A DNA stretch of 64,000 nucleotides from the NCBI GenBank assembly GCA_964016885.1, contig OZ024743.1, positions 182,094,001 to 182,158,000 on the forward strand. The letters run 5' to 3'. The DNA comes from Eledone cirrhosa. Taxonomy: Eukaryota. The notes beneath the pieces were generated by a model. It was not told where the DNA came from, searched no databases, and saw only the letters and a list, made by a program, of their open reading frames with translations. Both the position numbers and the translations under genes were made by a program. Shown here one piece after another: positions 49,779 to 63,775 of this stretch (positions within the stretch are counted from its first letter, which is position 1; the number at the start of each line of letters is the position of its first letter).

Positions 49779-49781
<3 letters not shown>
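44932..49781 (+). mobile_element. PLE family F, 5'-truncated with inverted pLTR piece (44932-45105), RT + GIY-YIG, interrupted by a Helitron dimer
   Basis: GLYRDD, VNFLDITLDL, PYHKPN, SNHP, YNEALARSG | WYNAPF, CNCR..CPLKGNC, IVYKC..YIGAT..R..H; stop at 48342. Confidence 0.9.
45669..47438 (+). mobile_element. Head-to-tail dimer of a non-autonomous Helitron (45669-46536, 46537-47438)
   Basis: 5' TC, 3' hairpin cccgagcagcgccggg + CTAG, inserted between A and T, no TSD; internal 37-bp tandem repeats. Confidence 0.88.
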
Positions 49782-49857
<76 letters not shown>

Positions 49858-50071
49858 ATATATACATATATATATATATATTACTTTTATCTAAATGTGT
49901 GTATGTGTGTGTATATGTATGCACACATGTCTTTTTCTATATTGCTATATACTTTTATATATTATTTTTCTTACCCTTCTCTTCTTATGTATATTTCCCG
50001 TTATCTTTCCAGCCTCACTTCCAATTTTTAACAGATTTTCAATCTCATTTCATATTTTCTATCCATAACAT

Positions 50072-50139
50072 CTCTGTCTGATGACCGATCCAGACGTATA
50101 TTAATACTGTCTGGCATCCAGAAACCTTTGGTAATGGAG
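50072..50139 (+). ncRNA. Type I hammerhead
   Basis: ctctgt CTGATGA ccgat ccagac..gtctgg catcca GAAA cctttgg TA atggag. Confidence 0.75.
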
Positions 50140-50234
50140 TAGTTATATTTTGTGCTGTTCACTTTATAATTTAATAGCTCTGTTCTAAACATAGAGCACT
50201 CTTTTTTCCTTTGCTTTTTCTTCGGAATTACCTA

Positions 50235-50317
<83 letters not shown>

Positions 50318-50475
50318 GCTCTACATGGCTGAATACAATAAATGTGATCTGAGTTTTTCGAATATTAATAATAACATTCGATTCGTTTGCAATTATGCAA
50401 ACAACCCTAATTTTTAAAGCCATGTCAGTAGAATGAACCCTTCATTCTTGCTCTGACAGTTGGGAGGTGAACAGT

Positions 50476-50525
50476 GAGCTGTACTGATGAAGGGTGATAC
50501 CCAGAAACATTAGTGTCTGCAGTTC
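50476..50525 (+). ncRNA. Type I hammerhead in the loop of a 317-bp fold-back (arms 50339-50453 and 50543-50655)
   Basis: gagctgta CTGATGA a gggt-gat-accc a GAAA cattagtg TC tgcagttc. Confidence 0.88.
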
Positions 50526-50651
50526 TGTTTACATGCCAACACAAGAGCAAGAATGAAGGGTTCATTCTACTGACATGGCTTTAAAAATGAGGCTTGTTTG
50601 CATAATTGGAAACGAATCGAATGTTATTAATATTCGAAAAACTCAGATCAC

Positions 50652-50698
<47 letters not shown>

Positions 50699-50771
50699 GT
50701 ATTTATTTATGTATGTATGTATGTATGTATGTATGTATGTATGTATGTATGTATGTATGTATGTATGTATG

Positions 50772-50847
<76 letters not shown>

Positions 50848-50908
50848 GTATTTATTTATGTATGTATGTATGTATGTATGTATGTATGTATGTATGTATG
50901 TATGTATG

Positions 50909-50970
<62 letters not shown>

Positions 50971-50985
50971 CGTATGTATGTATGT

Positions 50986-51590
50986 CAGGTCACCAGTTGG
51001 TGCTACTAGTAACATGTATCCCAGTACAACCTGTCCCATGGTCGAGTCGTTGGCGACTAAACTGGCAACCCCACCAAGGTTTCTTGGTGAGGAGGGTGAC
51101 TTTGGACATCCTGCAGGATTAAAAACAAAACCTGTCAAAGGGAAAAGGAGCTCTTAAGAGTCAATGGCCATCCAAAAACACCGGGAGAGATGACCCCTTA
51201 GCCTTTGTCAAGGCAGAATACTAGGAGAAGGAAAACTCTGATATAACACCTGCAACCCTGATGGTATCCAATGATGTTGACTTGTTATTCTTTTTGGTAA
51301 ATATCATCTTGGTTAAGAGTGGGACTGGCTTTGTGCAGTGCCTTTGCTCACTATAAAAGCTTCACGGCACAGGCATTGCTTTATATCTGGAGATCTCTGC
51401 ATTTGTCGTCACATGGTACCATGGGCCCAGCACTATGTGTCAGTAATTATCACAAGTGTAGTGTTTGTACCAGAGTTTTCAAGTCGCTGGCTGGACTAAA
51501 AAGTCACACTCGTTCAGCGCATCGTTAGGGGTTCTCCTACATGGATATAAAGTAGTGGCCGTACTCGAAAACGAATTGGCAGCCACCATG
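50986..51590 (+). mobile_element. Internally deleted non-autonomous RTE/BovB-type element; second partial copy at 51600-52072
   Basis: 5' UTR-type motif ggagaaggaaaactctg; C-terminal C2H2 finger HKCSVCTRVFKSLAGLKSHTRSAHR*; (ATGT)n tail. Confidence 0.6.
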
Positions 51591-52274
51591 TATGTATGTA
51601 TGGCGGAAGAACTCAAAAGAGTCAACGGCCATCCTAAAGTGTGTAAATATGTATATACACATGTGCATATGTATGTATATGTGTATGTGTATGTGCATGG
51701 GTGCATGTGCATGTGTATGTATATGCGCAGGGACATAGTAAAGGTCGAGTTGGACACCGGATCGCGCGATTAAACCACTGGGAGTGAAGGACTCCTAGCC
51801 TTTGTCAGCCTTCTGGGAGAAGGCAACTCAGGAAACTGGGATAACTCCGATATAAAACCTGCGGCTCAGTAGTTACCGATGTTGTTGATCTTTTCTTCTT
51901 TTCGAGTTATAGCTACTGTCACTCAGAGAATGGGATTGGCTCAGTGCACAGTATTTCCTCGCTTTAAAAAATATCTTCACGCACAGGCATTGCACGATAG
52001 AATGAATTAATAATTATTAATGATGGTATAACGTGCAATGGCCATACTCGATAACGAGGAGGCAGCCGTCATGTATGTATGTGTGTGTGTGTGTGTGTGT
52101 AATGTATTGAGTACCTTTCATTTTTTTTCTAAAAACCAGAAAAATGTTCTTTTTGTTTCAGTATTTATATTTTATTATTATTTTATTATTATTATTATTA
52201 TTACTCTTTTTACTTATCATTGTCATAAATATTTATAAATTTTCTACGAAACTATGGATCCTTAATATAAAAAA

Positions 52275-55200
52275 ATGGCCGAAAGTGAAACAGATTCTCG
52301 AATTCACTTCAGTGCAATAAAATATATCCACCAAGCAGGTAACTTTATTTTCATGATATTTAAGTTGCAACCGTTTCATTGAGTATTTATCTTCCTTTTA
52401 AAATATCCAGAAAAAAATAAACTAGAGCATTAATAACAACAACAAAATCCAATATTTTCGTAGCTTGTAAACTTTCAGTCCATGTGAGACTTCGATGTAA
52501 TTATAGACTAGAGGTTTATTTTCTTCTTATACTGTCAAAACTGTTAAGAAAGCCTTTAATGTCACAATTTTGCATTTGCCCATTAAAAAATATCAGCCTT
52601 TTGAGTAAATGTTTACTAAATACATTCGTCTGGGAAACGGACAAGTGGTATGGAGTTCTCGGGTGGGAAGACCTCAGAAAATGAGTTATTTACTACGTTT
52701 TTTAAGGCTGTATTCGTTCAAAATACATCGAAAATCACAGAAGAAACATAAATTTCACCTTCAAAATTTTAACCAGACCTCAAAACTAAAAACCTTTAAT
52801 TTTTATTATTACACCCATCTTCGTGACACGGCTATTTTAAGCTAAAGAATATGGAGAAAAAAGTATATTAAAAGGGATACCTGGACTGTTGTTTTGTTAT
52901 TTCGAGAGGAAACCCCAGTGGTCTTTTACTCAGCGTTTTTCCACGCTTGCATGGGGTTGGACGTGTCCTCTTTAGCACAGCATCTCTCCATTCACTACGT
53001 TTCTTCCTCAACTCCTCTGTGAGTCTCAGAGATTTGAGGTCAGCTGTCCAGGTATTTCTCGGTCTACTGACCTCCCAGACAGACCAAATGGTCTTGGAAC
53101 GTCAGACGCCATGCTTTGCAGTATAGAGTTATGGACCTTTACGTTCTGAGTTCAAATCCTGCCCTTACGGGGTCGATAAAATAAAGTACCAGTAATGCAC
53201 TGGGGTAATTGCTGGCCTTGTGCCAAAAGTAGAAACTATAATGTGCAGAGAAGTTGTGTCTTTTGACACACACTGTCCTCCCAACCCTTTATTTGGTAAG
53301 TTTTCTATGGCTGGATGCCCCCGCCCCCCTATCACTAACCACTTCACAACATGTACTGAGTGTTTTTATCAGTAGTTCACTAACACTAGAGAGACTGTCA
53401 TGTATTGGTTTTACATCATAAATACAAACCATAGTATTATTATTGTTGGAAAATGCACCCTGTACACCTTGTAATGTGCTGGTGATTGGAAAGGCACATC
53501 ATTGTGGAAACCATACCAAAAAGGATTGAGAGGACTTTTCAGTTGTGTCAACAGCTCAACAGCCTCTAGTGTTGGCGACAGGAGTGGTGTCCAGCCATAT
53601 AAAATCTCTAAAACAAAGTGGTCAGCTGTGCCAAAGACATAACATCGTCCCTTGTATTTATTGGTGTCATGATAAAATGCACTTAGTTGAGTGAGGGATT
53701 GCATGTAAGCATGACACAGGCCACCGGTCAGTAGCACCACTTGAGAACTGATTCTGTCTGTGAAGACCCAACCAACCCTTTCTAGCAGGGAGACAGACAT
53801 TAAATGATAATGATTAGTCCGTGGGATTGGCAGTATCGGTAGAGGGTCGGACGCCATACTTTGACGCATAGAGTTACGGCCCTTGCCATTCTGAGTTCAA
53901 ATCCCACCGAAGTTAACTTCGCCTTTCATCCTTATGAGGTCGATAAAATAAAGTACCGGTAATACACTGTGTAATTGCTGGCCTTGTGCCAAAAGTAAAA
54001 ACAGTTATCTTTTCTATGTAATAAATTAAATTTATGTAGCTAAAACATACAAGAGAAAAATCTGAAAACCCAAAACATAGTCCATTAAATAAGAAGCAAG
54101 GAAAGCAACATCATATTAACCATTGTTTTTACTTTTGTCAACAGGTTACCGACTAAAATTCAGTTCTGTTTCTATAGCAACTGCATCTGTGATCTACCAT
54201 AAATTTTTCAGAGAGAATTCTTTAAATGATTTCGATATTTATGTAAGTTATTTAACATTTCTCTTGGAGTAAAAAACGATTTTTAAAATATTAATAAATG
54301 TTTCTGTTGATATTAATAAGCATTGGTAATAATTTCTATCTGATTAACTCTTTTATGACCTCATTTTCTAAAGAAATACACTCTATTTTAATTAATTAAT
54401 GAGGAATTTTCAGGGATTAACTAAAATTATTAATTATTTCATTACTAAGATAGTAACTTAATGTAAGGTTCTTATATAGAATTATGTTGGAAGATTTTAA
54501 TTTAAATTGGAAGGAAACTTTTAAAATGGGTGACATTATTTCATAGAACCAGAACTGGTTGTGGCTGGATTGGTACTAAAGGGTTAATTAAAAATAAACC
54601 TGCTTTTAAATAAAGTAGTATAGTTAATAGGAAGTATTGTAAGATATGTAATAAATATAGATGTGGTAGTATAGCTAATAGGAAGTATTGTAAGATGTGT
54701 AATAAATGACTGATAGGTTTCAGAAAGCTGAGACAACACAGAAATATATAAAGGGCAAAGGATGACAAATAAAACAAAATAATGTTTTAACTAGTATATT
54801 TCAACATGATATTTCAGGGTTATTACTCTCTTTTCAAATATAAAACAAAAACATTTCTTAGACCAGTTATGGAAGAACACATCAATTGTTCATTTTTTTA
54901 ACCATTTCATTTTACATTTAAAAAGAGGGTAATAGCCCTAAAATATACTGGGTAAAATATTACTTTGTTTTGTATCATTTGTCTTCTTTTGCCTTGTATA
55001 TATTTCTACCAGCTTTCTGAAACTTGTTAGTCATTTATTACTAAACTATATTTAGTATATGTATGTTGTATGGTGCCATCTTGATTTGTATTAAAATGTG
55101 TATGTGATTTAGTTGAGAATATTACTATAAATATAAGATAATTTTGGTGCTGAGACAAGGAGCACCTAGTCCACATTGTAAAGTGGTTGCGTAGGTATCA

Positions 55201-58200
55201 CCATATAAAGCACCCAGTCCACTCTGTAAAGTGGTTGTGTAGGTATCACCATATAAAGCATCCAGTCCACTCTGTAAAGTGGTTGTGTAGGTGCCACCAT
55301 AATAAGCACCCAGTCCACTCTGTAAAGTGGTTGTGTAGGTGCCACCATAATAAGCACATAGTCCATCTGTAAAGTGGTTGCGTATGTGCTACCATGAAAA
55401 GCACCCAGCCCACACTGTAAATGTGATTAGCCATAGAAACCAAGACAAAAATAGTTCTGTATGAGCAAGACATGGTCATCTGATCTGCCTTGTCTCACAA
55501 CTCTTTTAACCCATGCTAGCATGGAAAATGGACGTTAAATGGTGATGATGCGAAGAAGTGGGGTAAAATATTATAACTATATGTCATTTACTGTGTGCAA
55601 TCTGATGTTAGATTAATTATTACTTTCATTGTTGCTCTTTCTGCCAGGAGTTGTGACCAGTAGATAGTATCAGCAATGGAAAGACCAATGGAAACATTGT
55701 TTCCTTGGTCTGATTAGATGAGTTCATTCCTACTCAGCACGGGAATGAGGTCTGGGATGTTGATTGATTTAATTATTTTGATATCTCACTTTGAAATCTT
55801 ATATTTGTTTGTTTGTAGCTGATATCTCACTTTGAAATCTTGTTTGTTTGTTTGTAGCTGATTTGTGCAACATCTTTATATTTGGCTGGAAAAGTTGAAG
55901 AGGAACATCGGAAGATACGAGATGTTGTCAATGTATGTTACAGGTAAGATTATATTGATAGAGAGAGGGGGAGAGAGATGGAAACAGAGAGTACACCAGG
56001 TGCATTTTATCACGGCACCAACACTAAGAAGGTCACCATGTCTTTTACACAAATGAAGACTCATCTCTACACTTTGATCGGCAAGTTTTCTATAGATGGG
56101 TGCTTTTCTTATCACCCACCACTTTACTGAGTGTGTTTTATCATGTTGCCAGAACTAGAGAGGTTGTCCTACAGAAAGTGTGATGTCTCTCAGCCAGTTA
56201 ATATTGAAACTCCAGCAGACCTTATTCATATTATGTATATATTTTCAATAAACAGCCCTGTACTATTGCTTCAAACCCACCTAAACATGTTTCCCAGCTG
56301 ATATATGTAAATTAAACTACATACAGAGTCTGACATATTTCTATGGCTTAATTAAAACTCTAAACTTCCTAATTTGTTGAAGGAATTCTCACCTTGTCTT
56401 CTATCTACTTTTTCTTTCTTTCCAGAACTCTACACAAAAGCAAATCTCCTCTTAATGTTGGAGAAACATTCTGGGGTCTGCGAGATGCAATTGCCAAATG
56501 TGAACTTTATATATTAAGGGTTTTACGTTTTAAAGTGGCTTTTGACCATCCCCATAAAGTAAGTTTATCTCTGTTGCCTTCTCCTTGTCATCATTTTATG
56601 ACCCTGTTTTATGTTGGCATGGATTGGATGGGTTGTCAGGGTTTGGGACCAGATAAGCTAGAGAAACCAATCTTGTTTCTTACATTCCAAATATTATCAT
56701 AGGTTCTACAACTTGAATTAGTTGATATACTACTAGTTAACTAACAGATGTGGTGGTATTAGTACTGGTTGATTAACAGATGTGATGGTATTAGTAATAG
56801 TTAACTAACAGATGTGATTTAATTTAATATTTGTGTCAAGTTTGAAATGACTTAAATGTAAATCAATTTAATGACTTCCTTTCATTTCATTTTCTAGTAT
56901 CTTCTGCATTACCTGAAGGCCCTAAGAGATTGGTTTCAGCCCCATATTTGGGAACAGGTTCCCCTCACAAGAACTTGCTGGTCACTCCTTCGTGATAGTT
57001 ACCATGGTAAAACCAGTCTCAAGTTCAAACCACAACATATTGCTGTATCCATTATTTATTTGTCTTTACTGTGCTATGGTCTAGAGGTACCTCTTAACAG
57101 AGGAGCTCACACAAAATGGTGGAGGGTAAGTTTGGATTTCATTTTGGTTCTCTTTAGCTGGATTGATTTTATATGTAAGCATAAAGCTGGGTACATGCTT
57201 GAACAAGTAGAAAGGTGGTTGTGTAATGTTCATGCACTTTTATTAAGGATATTAGGGTTTGAGCGGAGACATTTGTCCTAGCTTATGAAAACCTCTCTAT
57301 GTTGTACCCTGTATCCTTTAACTCTTTCATGACTATATTTTTAATGAAATACACTCTATTTCAATTAATTAATGAAGAATTAATGGGAATTAATGGGAAT
57401 TTACTAAAATCATTAATTATTTCATTATTAAGATAATAACTTAATGTAAGGTTCTTATATAAAATTATGTTGGAAGATTTTAATTTAAATTGGAAACTTT
57501 TAAAATGGGTGGTTTTATTTCATAGAACCAGAGCTGGTTTTGGTTGGGTTGGTAACTAAAGGGTTAAGTATATTGGAGTTTGAGAGGACACCACAGTCTG
57601 GCCAAGCATGTGACAACCTCTCTAGTGATAATGCCATGATAAAATGCACCCAGTCCACCCTGTAAAGTGGTTGGTGTTAAGAGCATCCAGCCAAAGAAAT
57701 CATCCCAAATAAGGAACATAACGAGCAAGATTGATCAATCTAACCCATTTGATCTTGGTCTATAACACTCCATACAACGCATAGCAACCTGTTGGTCCTT
57801 GACAATCCGTCCAACCCATGCCAGACTTGTTGGTCAATGACACTCTGTCCATGCCAGACTTTTCTCATAGCGTGGATGACCCTTCTGATACATGCAAGCA
57901 TGGAAAATAAAGCATTAAACAGTGATGATGATATATATAAAGAGAGAGAGAATAAGAAAATGCAAAGTCCTTTATTGATAAGACTGTGATACATATTTCA
58001 ATGACAACGCAATTGCGCGTACCCAGTGCTATGATCTCATCAGACAGCTTACGTAATAAGGTTACGTTCCCAAGGCAATCCAAATTAAAACAAGGGAACG
58101 AACAAAGATGATGTCCTTGAAGCCTTCGCATTTTCTTATTCTAAATATACTCCGTCATTCCTGTGGAAAAAGTATGTAGAGAGAGAGAGAGAGAGAATGA

Positions 58201-58370
58201 GAATATATTCCCAAATTACTCTCCCTCCACAAAAAATTAAAATTAAATTTTTGTCTGATAATGATTAATGAAATTGTTATTGACAGGTATTTTCTGAAGA
58301 CTTGACTCTGGACATTATACGAGATGTCATCTTGGATATAATACAGACATATGAACTAGAAAATGGCTAA
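52275..58370 (+). CDS. CCNQ: Cyclin Q (cyclin M/FAM58A), 230 aa; exons 52275-52338, 54145-54242, 55858-55943, 56426-56558, 56898-57125, 58287-58370
   Basis: GT-AG introns with consistent phases. Protein RIHF..IHQAG..IATASVIYHKFF..LYLAGKVEEEH..RDVVNV..FWGLRDAIAKCELYILRVLRF..HPHKYLLHYL..WSLLRDSYHG..QHIAV..KWWRVF matches cyclin Q as recalled. Confidence 0.95.
54344..54587. mobile_element. piggyBac-type MITE (second copy at 57318-57567)
   Basis: TTAA-CTCTTT...AAAGGG-TTAA ends; two similar intronic copies. Confidence 0.65.
55160..55550 (+). repeat. 45-bp minisatellite (~6 units) within an RTE-tail-derived element
   Basis: gcacccagtccactctgtaaagtggttgtgtaggtgccaccataataa units followed by cccatgctagcatggaaaatggacgttaaa..gatgatg. 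Confidence 0.75.
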
Positions 58371-60845
58371 AACACATAATCATCTCTACATTGGTCAGCC
58401 TACATAAAACTTCTCATATTGAGATATGTATGAATAGATGATGTAATTGACATATCTTATTTAAAATGTCTTCTGCATAATCTAACAGGAAAAAAACATT
58501 TTTTTAAAAACTAACTACCATAAGTAGAAGAACTGGAGCTAATAAATACTGTATATCCTCGAATATAAGCCAAAGAATATGTGACCAAAACTTTGATGGT
58601 AAAATGGGAGAGGGGGGCTTATATCTGGGGTCAATATTTTGCGGGTTTTCACCAACTTCAAATTCTACGTAAATAAGGTGCTAAAATATCTGAGTGATTA
58701 TTTTACAATGAAACTGTTCCTTTTTTCTACATTGTCATTAGTGTTATTTATGCATTCCCTTGGAAATATTTCCAACAAATTTATATAATTTTAATTTTTT
58801 AATACATAAATATCTCCAACAAATATATACATGAGCACTCACTTATGTTGATTGTTTTCTCTCACTTACAAATATTTTTCTTTCAGACTTACTTCTGACT
58901 TGTTATATTGCTCTCACTTGCTGTCTCTATAAATCCCTATTCAATCTTTCTTTCAAACTACTCCCAGCAAGTGTGTGGCCACAAATAAACAAACATTTGA
59001 GAAACTTGTTGAAATGGTAAAAAATATATTTTAAACATCATAAAAACTTCATAAATATATTTTATACTTACGAGAATTTCAAAACCACGCTAATTTAAAC
59101 ATGTGTTAATAGCTGCCTGGGATTTGGGTTTTTGCCCATTTCTCAGACACGAAATAAGGGGTCAGCATATATTTGAGTGATAAGTGTTATTGTCAAATAT
59201 GTTATACATATGAATTGAAAGACCCAGTCTTTAGCAGCAACAATATTAATATTGCACAGTTTATCACTTGAAAAATAAATAAAGGGACCATCTCATATTG
59301 AGATATTTATGTTTGAATTCAGTTCCAGCAAAAATAATTATTTGAAGCATTATGAGTTATCAGTCCGTTATGTAATAGCTGGATGAGGAGCAGAAATAAA
59401 ATAGAATGCAACACTACTCAGTTAAAATCCACTGCAGGTTGATTTGGTTGTTTATTACTTCATGGTTGATAGTTTAAATACTAAACATACTGAGATTAAT
59501 TGTTTTACTGTACCTTATAAATTTATGAACTTGTGCCTATATAAGAAGCCCTAATTACATATACTCTATCTGTACATGGTCCCATAGGGGTGACATACAG
59601 CGTTTCTAGGGCACTTTTTAAACCTGGCAGAGCCCATCTCCTCTCCAGATCTGAAAACAGCAGATTTCTTCCATAGTGGTAAAGAGATATAGAGAAAGAA
59701 TCAACCTCAAATGGATGAAAGGCAAAGTTGAACTTGGCAAAACTTTAACTCAGAGAGCCAAAATGAATACTGCAAAGCAGTCTGATGTTCTAATGACTCT
59801 GCCAATTCACTTCCCTAAATATACACTAAGCGTTGTTTAAAGGTTCACTTCAGAATCATTAAATCCTGGATATTGTCTCACTGTGGCGACTTGAACAAGA
59901 GTTATTTACCATAGCCTCAAGTGAATGATGTGGAACTGTTTAGAAGCCTGTTACATTGACTAATTCAAAGGACCAGCCTTGTCACGCTGAATGAAAATTA
60001 TGTTAAAGATACACATGTTAATGGAATACTGGGCAACTTATTGATTTCATAAGTAGGTTTTGTTTTCTGTTGATAAAACAACTGGAATACGTTATAAAGT
60101 GTTCTGGGTCCATTTTATTGTCGCACCAGCTCTAGATATAAACATTATAAAATAATGGTCTAAACAACTCAATGTTTGGATATTTAAAAGAAAGCAGTAA
60201 TATTAACATGTTACAAAAATTAAAACAAAACAATCCATAACCAAAACCAAATTTTATATAACATATTTACAAAGTTTTTAAAATTCATAACAGATTAAGA
60301 TTACAGTTACCTGCAATGCTAAATCTAGATTCTTTTATTAACAAGATCATGGTTTTAAATAGATTGATGGTAACTAAAAAGAATTATTTCATTGATCAGG
60401 TTATCAGAAATATATTCTGCATTTAAAAAAAAAAAAATTTTAATTCCGGTAGAATGTTTCCTACAAATGGTATTTTAAAATCACAAGGGAGGAACTAAAA
60501 TAATTTTTAAAAATTATGAAATTTATTGTACATTTTTTGCCAAACCTCATAAAGAACACATTTGGATTTACTTTCCACAAGATTTATCGTCCATACATAA
60601 AAGATTTTCTTCCCAAAACAAAATGTTTGTTTCTTTAAAAAATAAAACCTAGTAAATAATACTTAAATATAATTTAGGTTTTATATATTATTTCTTCCGT
60701 GGATAGAATCATCTTTTTTTGAGGCACATAAGGTATGGAGTCATAAGAAAAATATACAACCACAAAGATTTCATCTTATATATCTACATACACTGATGGC
60801 AATGTTTCGAAGTTGAAGGGAAAACAATTTTACTCTTAAATGCTT

Positions 60846-63557
60846 TCATTTGTGTGAAGGTGATGAGTTTTCTAGTAACTTTTTCTCCAGTTCATTCATA
60901 CGGTGCTCCATTAAACTCAATTGTGCTAATATATCAGCATTCCTGGGGTTCACACTCAATGTCATTAACTGTCGTTCCAATGCATCAATTCGGTCTGATT
61001 TATTAAAAAGTTCCTTCATTTTATCCTCATACATGGCAAGCCGTTGCTCCATTAAACTCATTGTCTGAAATGAACAGAATTTAAACAAAATATTATTGGC
61101 TATTATATTTTTATGAAACATAACTATATTCGAGATAAAATGATATAAAGAATCGCTGGACAGGTTTTACAGGCAAAAAACAATTGGCAGGAGACCCAGG
61201 GGTAGACCCCCACAAATAAGATGGTTGGATAACATCCATAAACTTTACTGGTCTCGCTTGGGGATCCAGCCGGAACCAGTTATTGTAATATATATACCCA
61301 GATTATGATCTGCCTATTCTCAGCAACAAGGTGAACTGAGATGTGAATTATTAAATATATAATTGAAGTTGGTGGAAGCCTTGGAGTGGGGAGACCCAAG
61401 AAGACCTGGGATGAGGTGATAAAAGCTGACCTTGCCCAATTGCACCTCTCAAAGGTGATGACACAGGACCAAGACCTCTGGCAGTAATACAGAAGACCCG
61501 ACTTCCCATGGGAACAAGCTGAAGCATATAGACAATATGCCCCCATCCCCTCTCACTGCATCGCCCACAACAGGACAACCCGTCTAACCCATGCTGGCGT
61601 GGAAGAATGGACGTAAAACAGTGATGATGACATCTCTGAGTAATTAAGGTAGATAGTATAACATACAGCACCCCCTACCTGAGTAATTAAAGTAGATAGT
61701 ATTAGAGAGAGAATAAAAACAGCATCCGTACCTGAGTAATTATGTGCAACTGGTCAACGATATTGCCGAGGGTTTTAGAAACAGAAAAACCAAGTGATTC
61801 CCAGTTTAGACTCGTCACTGATTTTCCTTCCTGACAACAAGAAATTACAATTTATAACAGATTAAAGTGTCATTGTAGTGAATAACAAATAAACATGTTT
61901 TTAACCCACAATGTACACCCCATATGGTTATCTGGTGCTATAGCAACAAAGTACCCAGTCAACCCTGTTAGGTGGTTGCGCTGCTGACATGACAAAAAGC
62001 ATCCTGTCTACTTTGTAAGGTGGTCATGGAAGAGTATCCAGCTGTAGAAACCAAACCAAAATATAGATCTGTATGAGCAAGAAATGGTCACTTGACCTGA
62101 ATTGTCTCATAATATGACAACCTATCAAACTGATGCAAGCGTGGGAAAAGAGACATTAAACGATGATGATGATATAAAGTGGTTGGTGAGAGGAAAGACA
62201 TCCAGCCATAAAAGTTTTGCCAAACAAAATATCATGAAGAGGACTCTTAAGTTGTGTCAGAGACATGACAACCTCCCCAGTGTTGGTGCCACGACAAAAT
62301 ACACCCATCCAACCCTTGTTAACAGAGAAAATGGACGTTAGTTGATGATCTGTGTAATCAGGTCTCCAGGTTTCAAAATTATAATCAACTAAATATCTTA
62401 TTTAATCAGTATGATGAGATAAATTATCTTATTTATCACAGTATTTCAGGTGTACAACACCCACACAACAATTTACAACAGTTCTCTCTCTTTGATCATT
62501 TACTTCTTGTGTTAATGGTTTTTCAGTGAAAAAAACCATTAACATTTTCAATAAAACACATAAAGAGATGTATCTTCTTGGTATGTTTATATTTTACTAA
62601 CTTTACAATGATAACACTGACACCTGGCCCTTGGATGCCTTAAACAAAGTTCACACTGTTGCAAACATTCAGGCCAGTTCTTCCTCCCTCACACCAGTCT
62701 GAAAGGGATCATGGCTATAGTCCTTTCTTCTGACAAGTTAGTTCTCCTAAGATACTTTGTAGGAAGAAAGAGTAAATCAACCCAATACTTTATCATCATC
62801 ATTATCACTGTTTAATGTCTATTTTCCATGAGTTGTCACATTTTTAGTTTAGGTAGGTCAAGTGACCATGTCTAACTCATATGTTCCGTTTTGGGGTTGG
62901 TTTCTATGGTAGAAATTCTAAAGAATCTGTTTGGGTTGTTTGTGTTAGATCTCTAAAATAAAGATGGTCTGGTTTGCACCAGCGCTAGCTGTGTCAATTT
63001 CACTGTCAATCAACATGAAATAAAGAAAGAAAGAAAATTAAGATAAGAAAGAGATAAAGTTGGCAACAATAAAAACTTACGTGATCTATAGTATAACTGG
63101 TATTTTCAGCAGCAACATTATTGTCGATGACAGATTCAATCTGATAATTGTAAAAAAAAGAAAAAGGGAAATCTTTGAAGCAAACTATTTCTCTAAACTG
63201 ACTGAAAACACACATGGTTTTTCTCAATTCCTTCCTCTTCTCACTCTCAATCTTTCTCTTTCATCTTTTATTTCTCATTCTATCGTCTGATGAAGGATGA
63301 TGACCATGACCATGGTGGTGGTGATAATGATGATGATGATCTACAAAGAGACTTACATTTCCAACTGGAGTACTGGCTCTAGCAGGTACATCATGATATT
63401 CATGTGGTTCAGGAGAAGTTCTCTCAGACACTAAACTAGGATTATTTTTAGTCTCATTTAAAGGACTAGTTAGTGAATGACATTTTATATCCTTCTTATG
63501 AACATTTAGGACTTCATCTTCCTCATATAAATCAAAGTTTGTCTTCCAAACTAGAAC
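60846..63557 (-). CDS. POC1: POC1 centriolar WD40 protein, last three coding exons (63357-63557, 61732-61830, 60846-61064); rest is beyond the window
   Basis: Q|VLVWKTNFD (end of the last WD40 repeat); [14 protein letters not shown]|[18 protein letters not shown] (Poc1 coiled coil); all phase-0 GT-AG junctions. Confidence 0.88.
61370..61630 (+). mobile_element. RTE LINE 3'-end fragment in a POC1 intron
   Basis: [17 protein letters not shown] and the tail aatggacgtaaaacagtgatgatga. Confidence 0.7.
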
Positions 63558-63610
63558 CTGAAATTTAAAAAAACGGATACGCATAAGAGTTAATATATAT
63601 ATATATATAT

Positions 63611-63775
<165 letters not shown>

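Noticed and set aside
55160-55420. CRISPR-like array
   Set aside because: Tandem 45-bp units without unique spacers, in a eukaryotic intron; the same holds for the 37-bp repeats at 46103-46230
58547-59185. Intact Tc1/pogo-type MITE after the CCNQ stop
   Set aside because: Only degenerate TIR-like motifs; ends and TSD could not be established
62600-62700. Extra POC1 exon
   Set aside because: The candidate acceptor leads to a stop within 10 codons in the required phase; the flanking exons already join in phase
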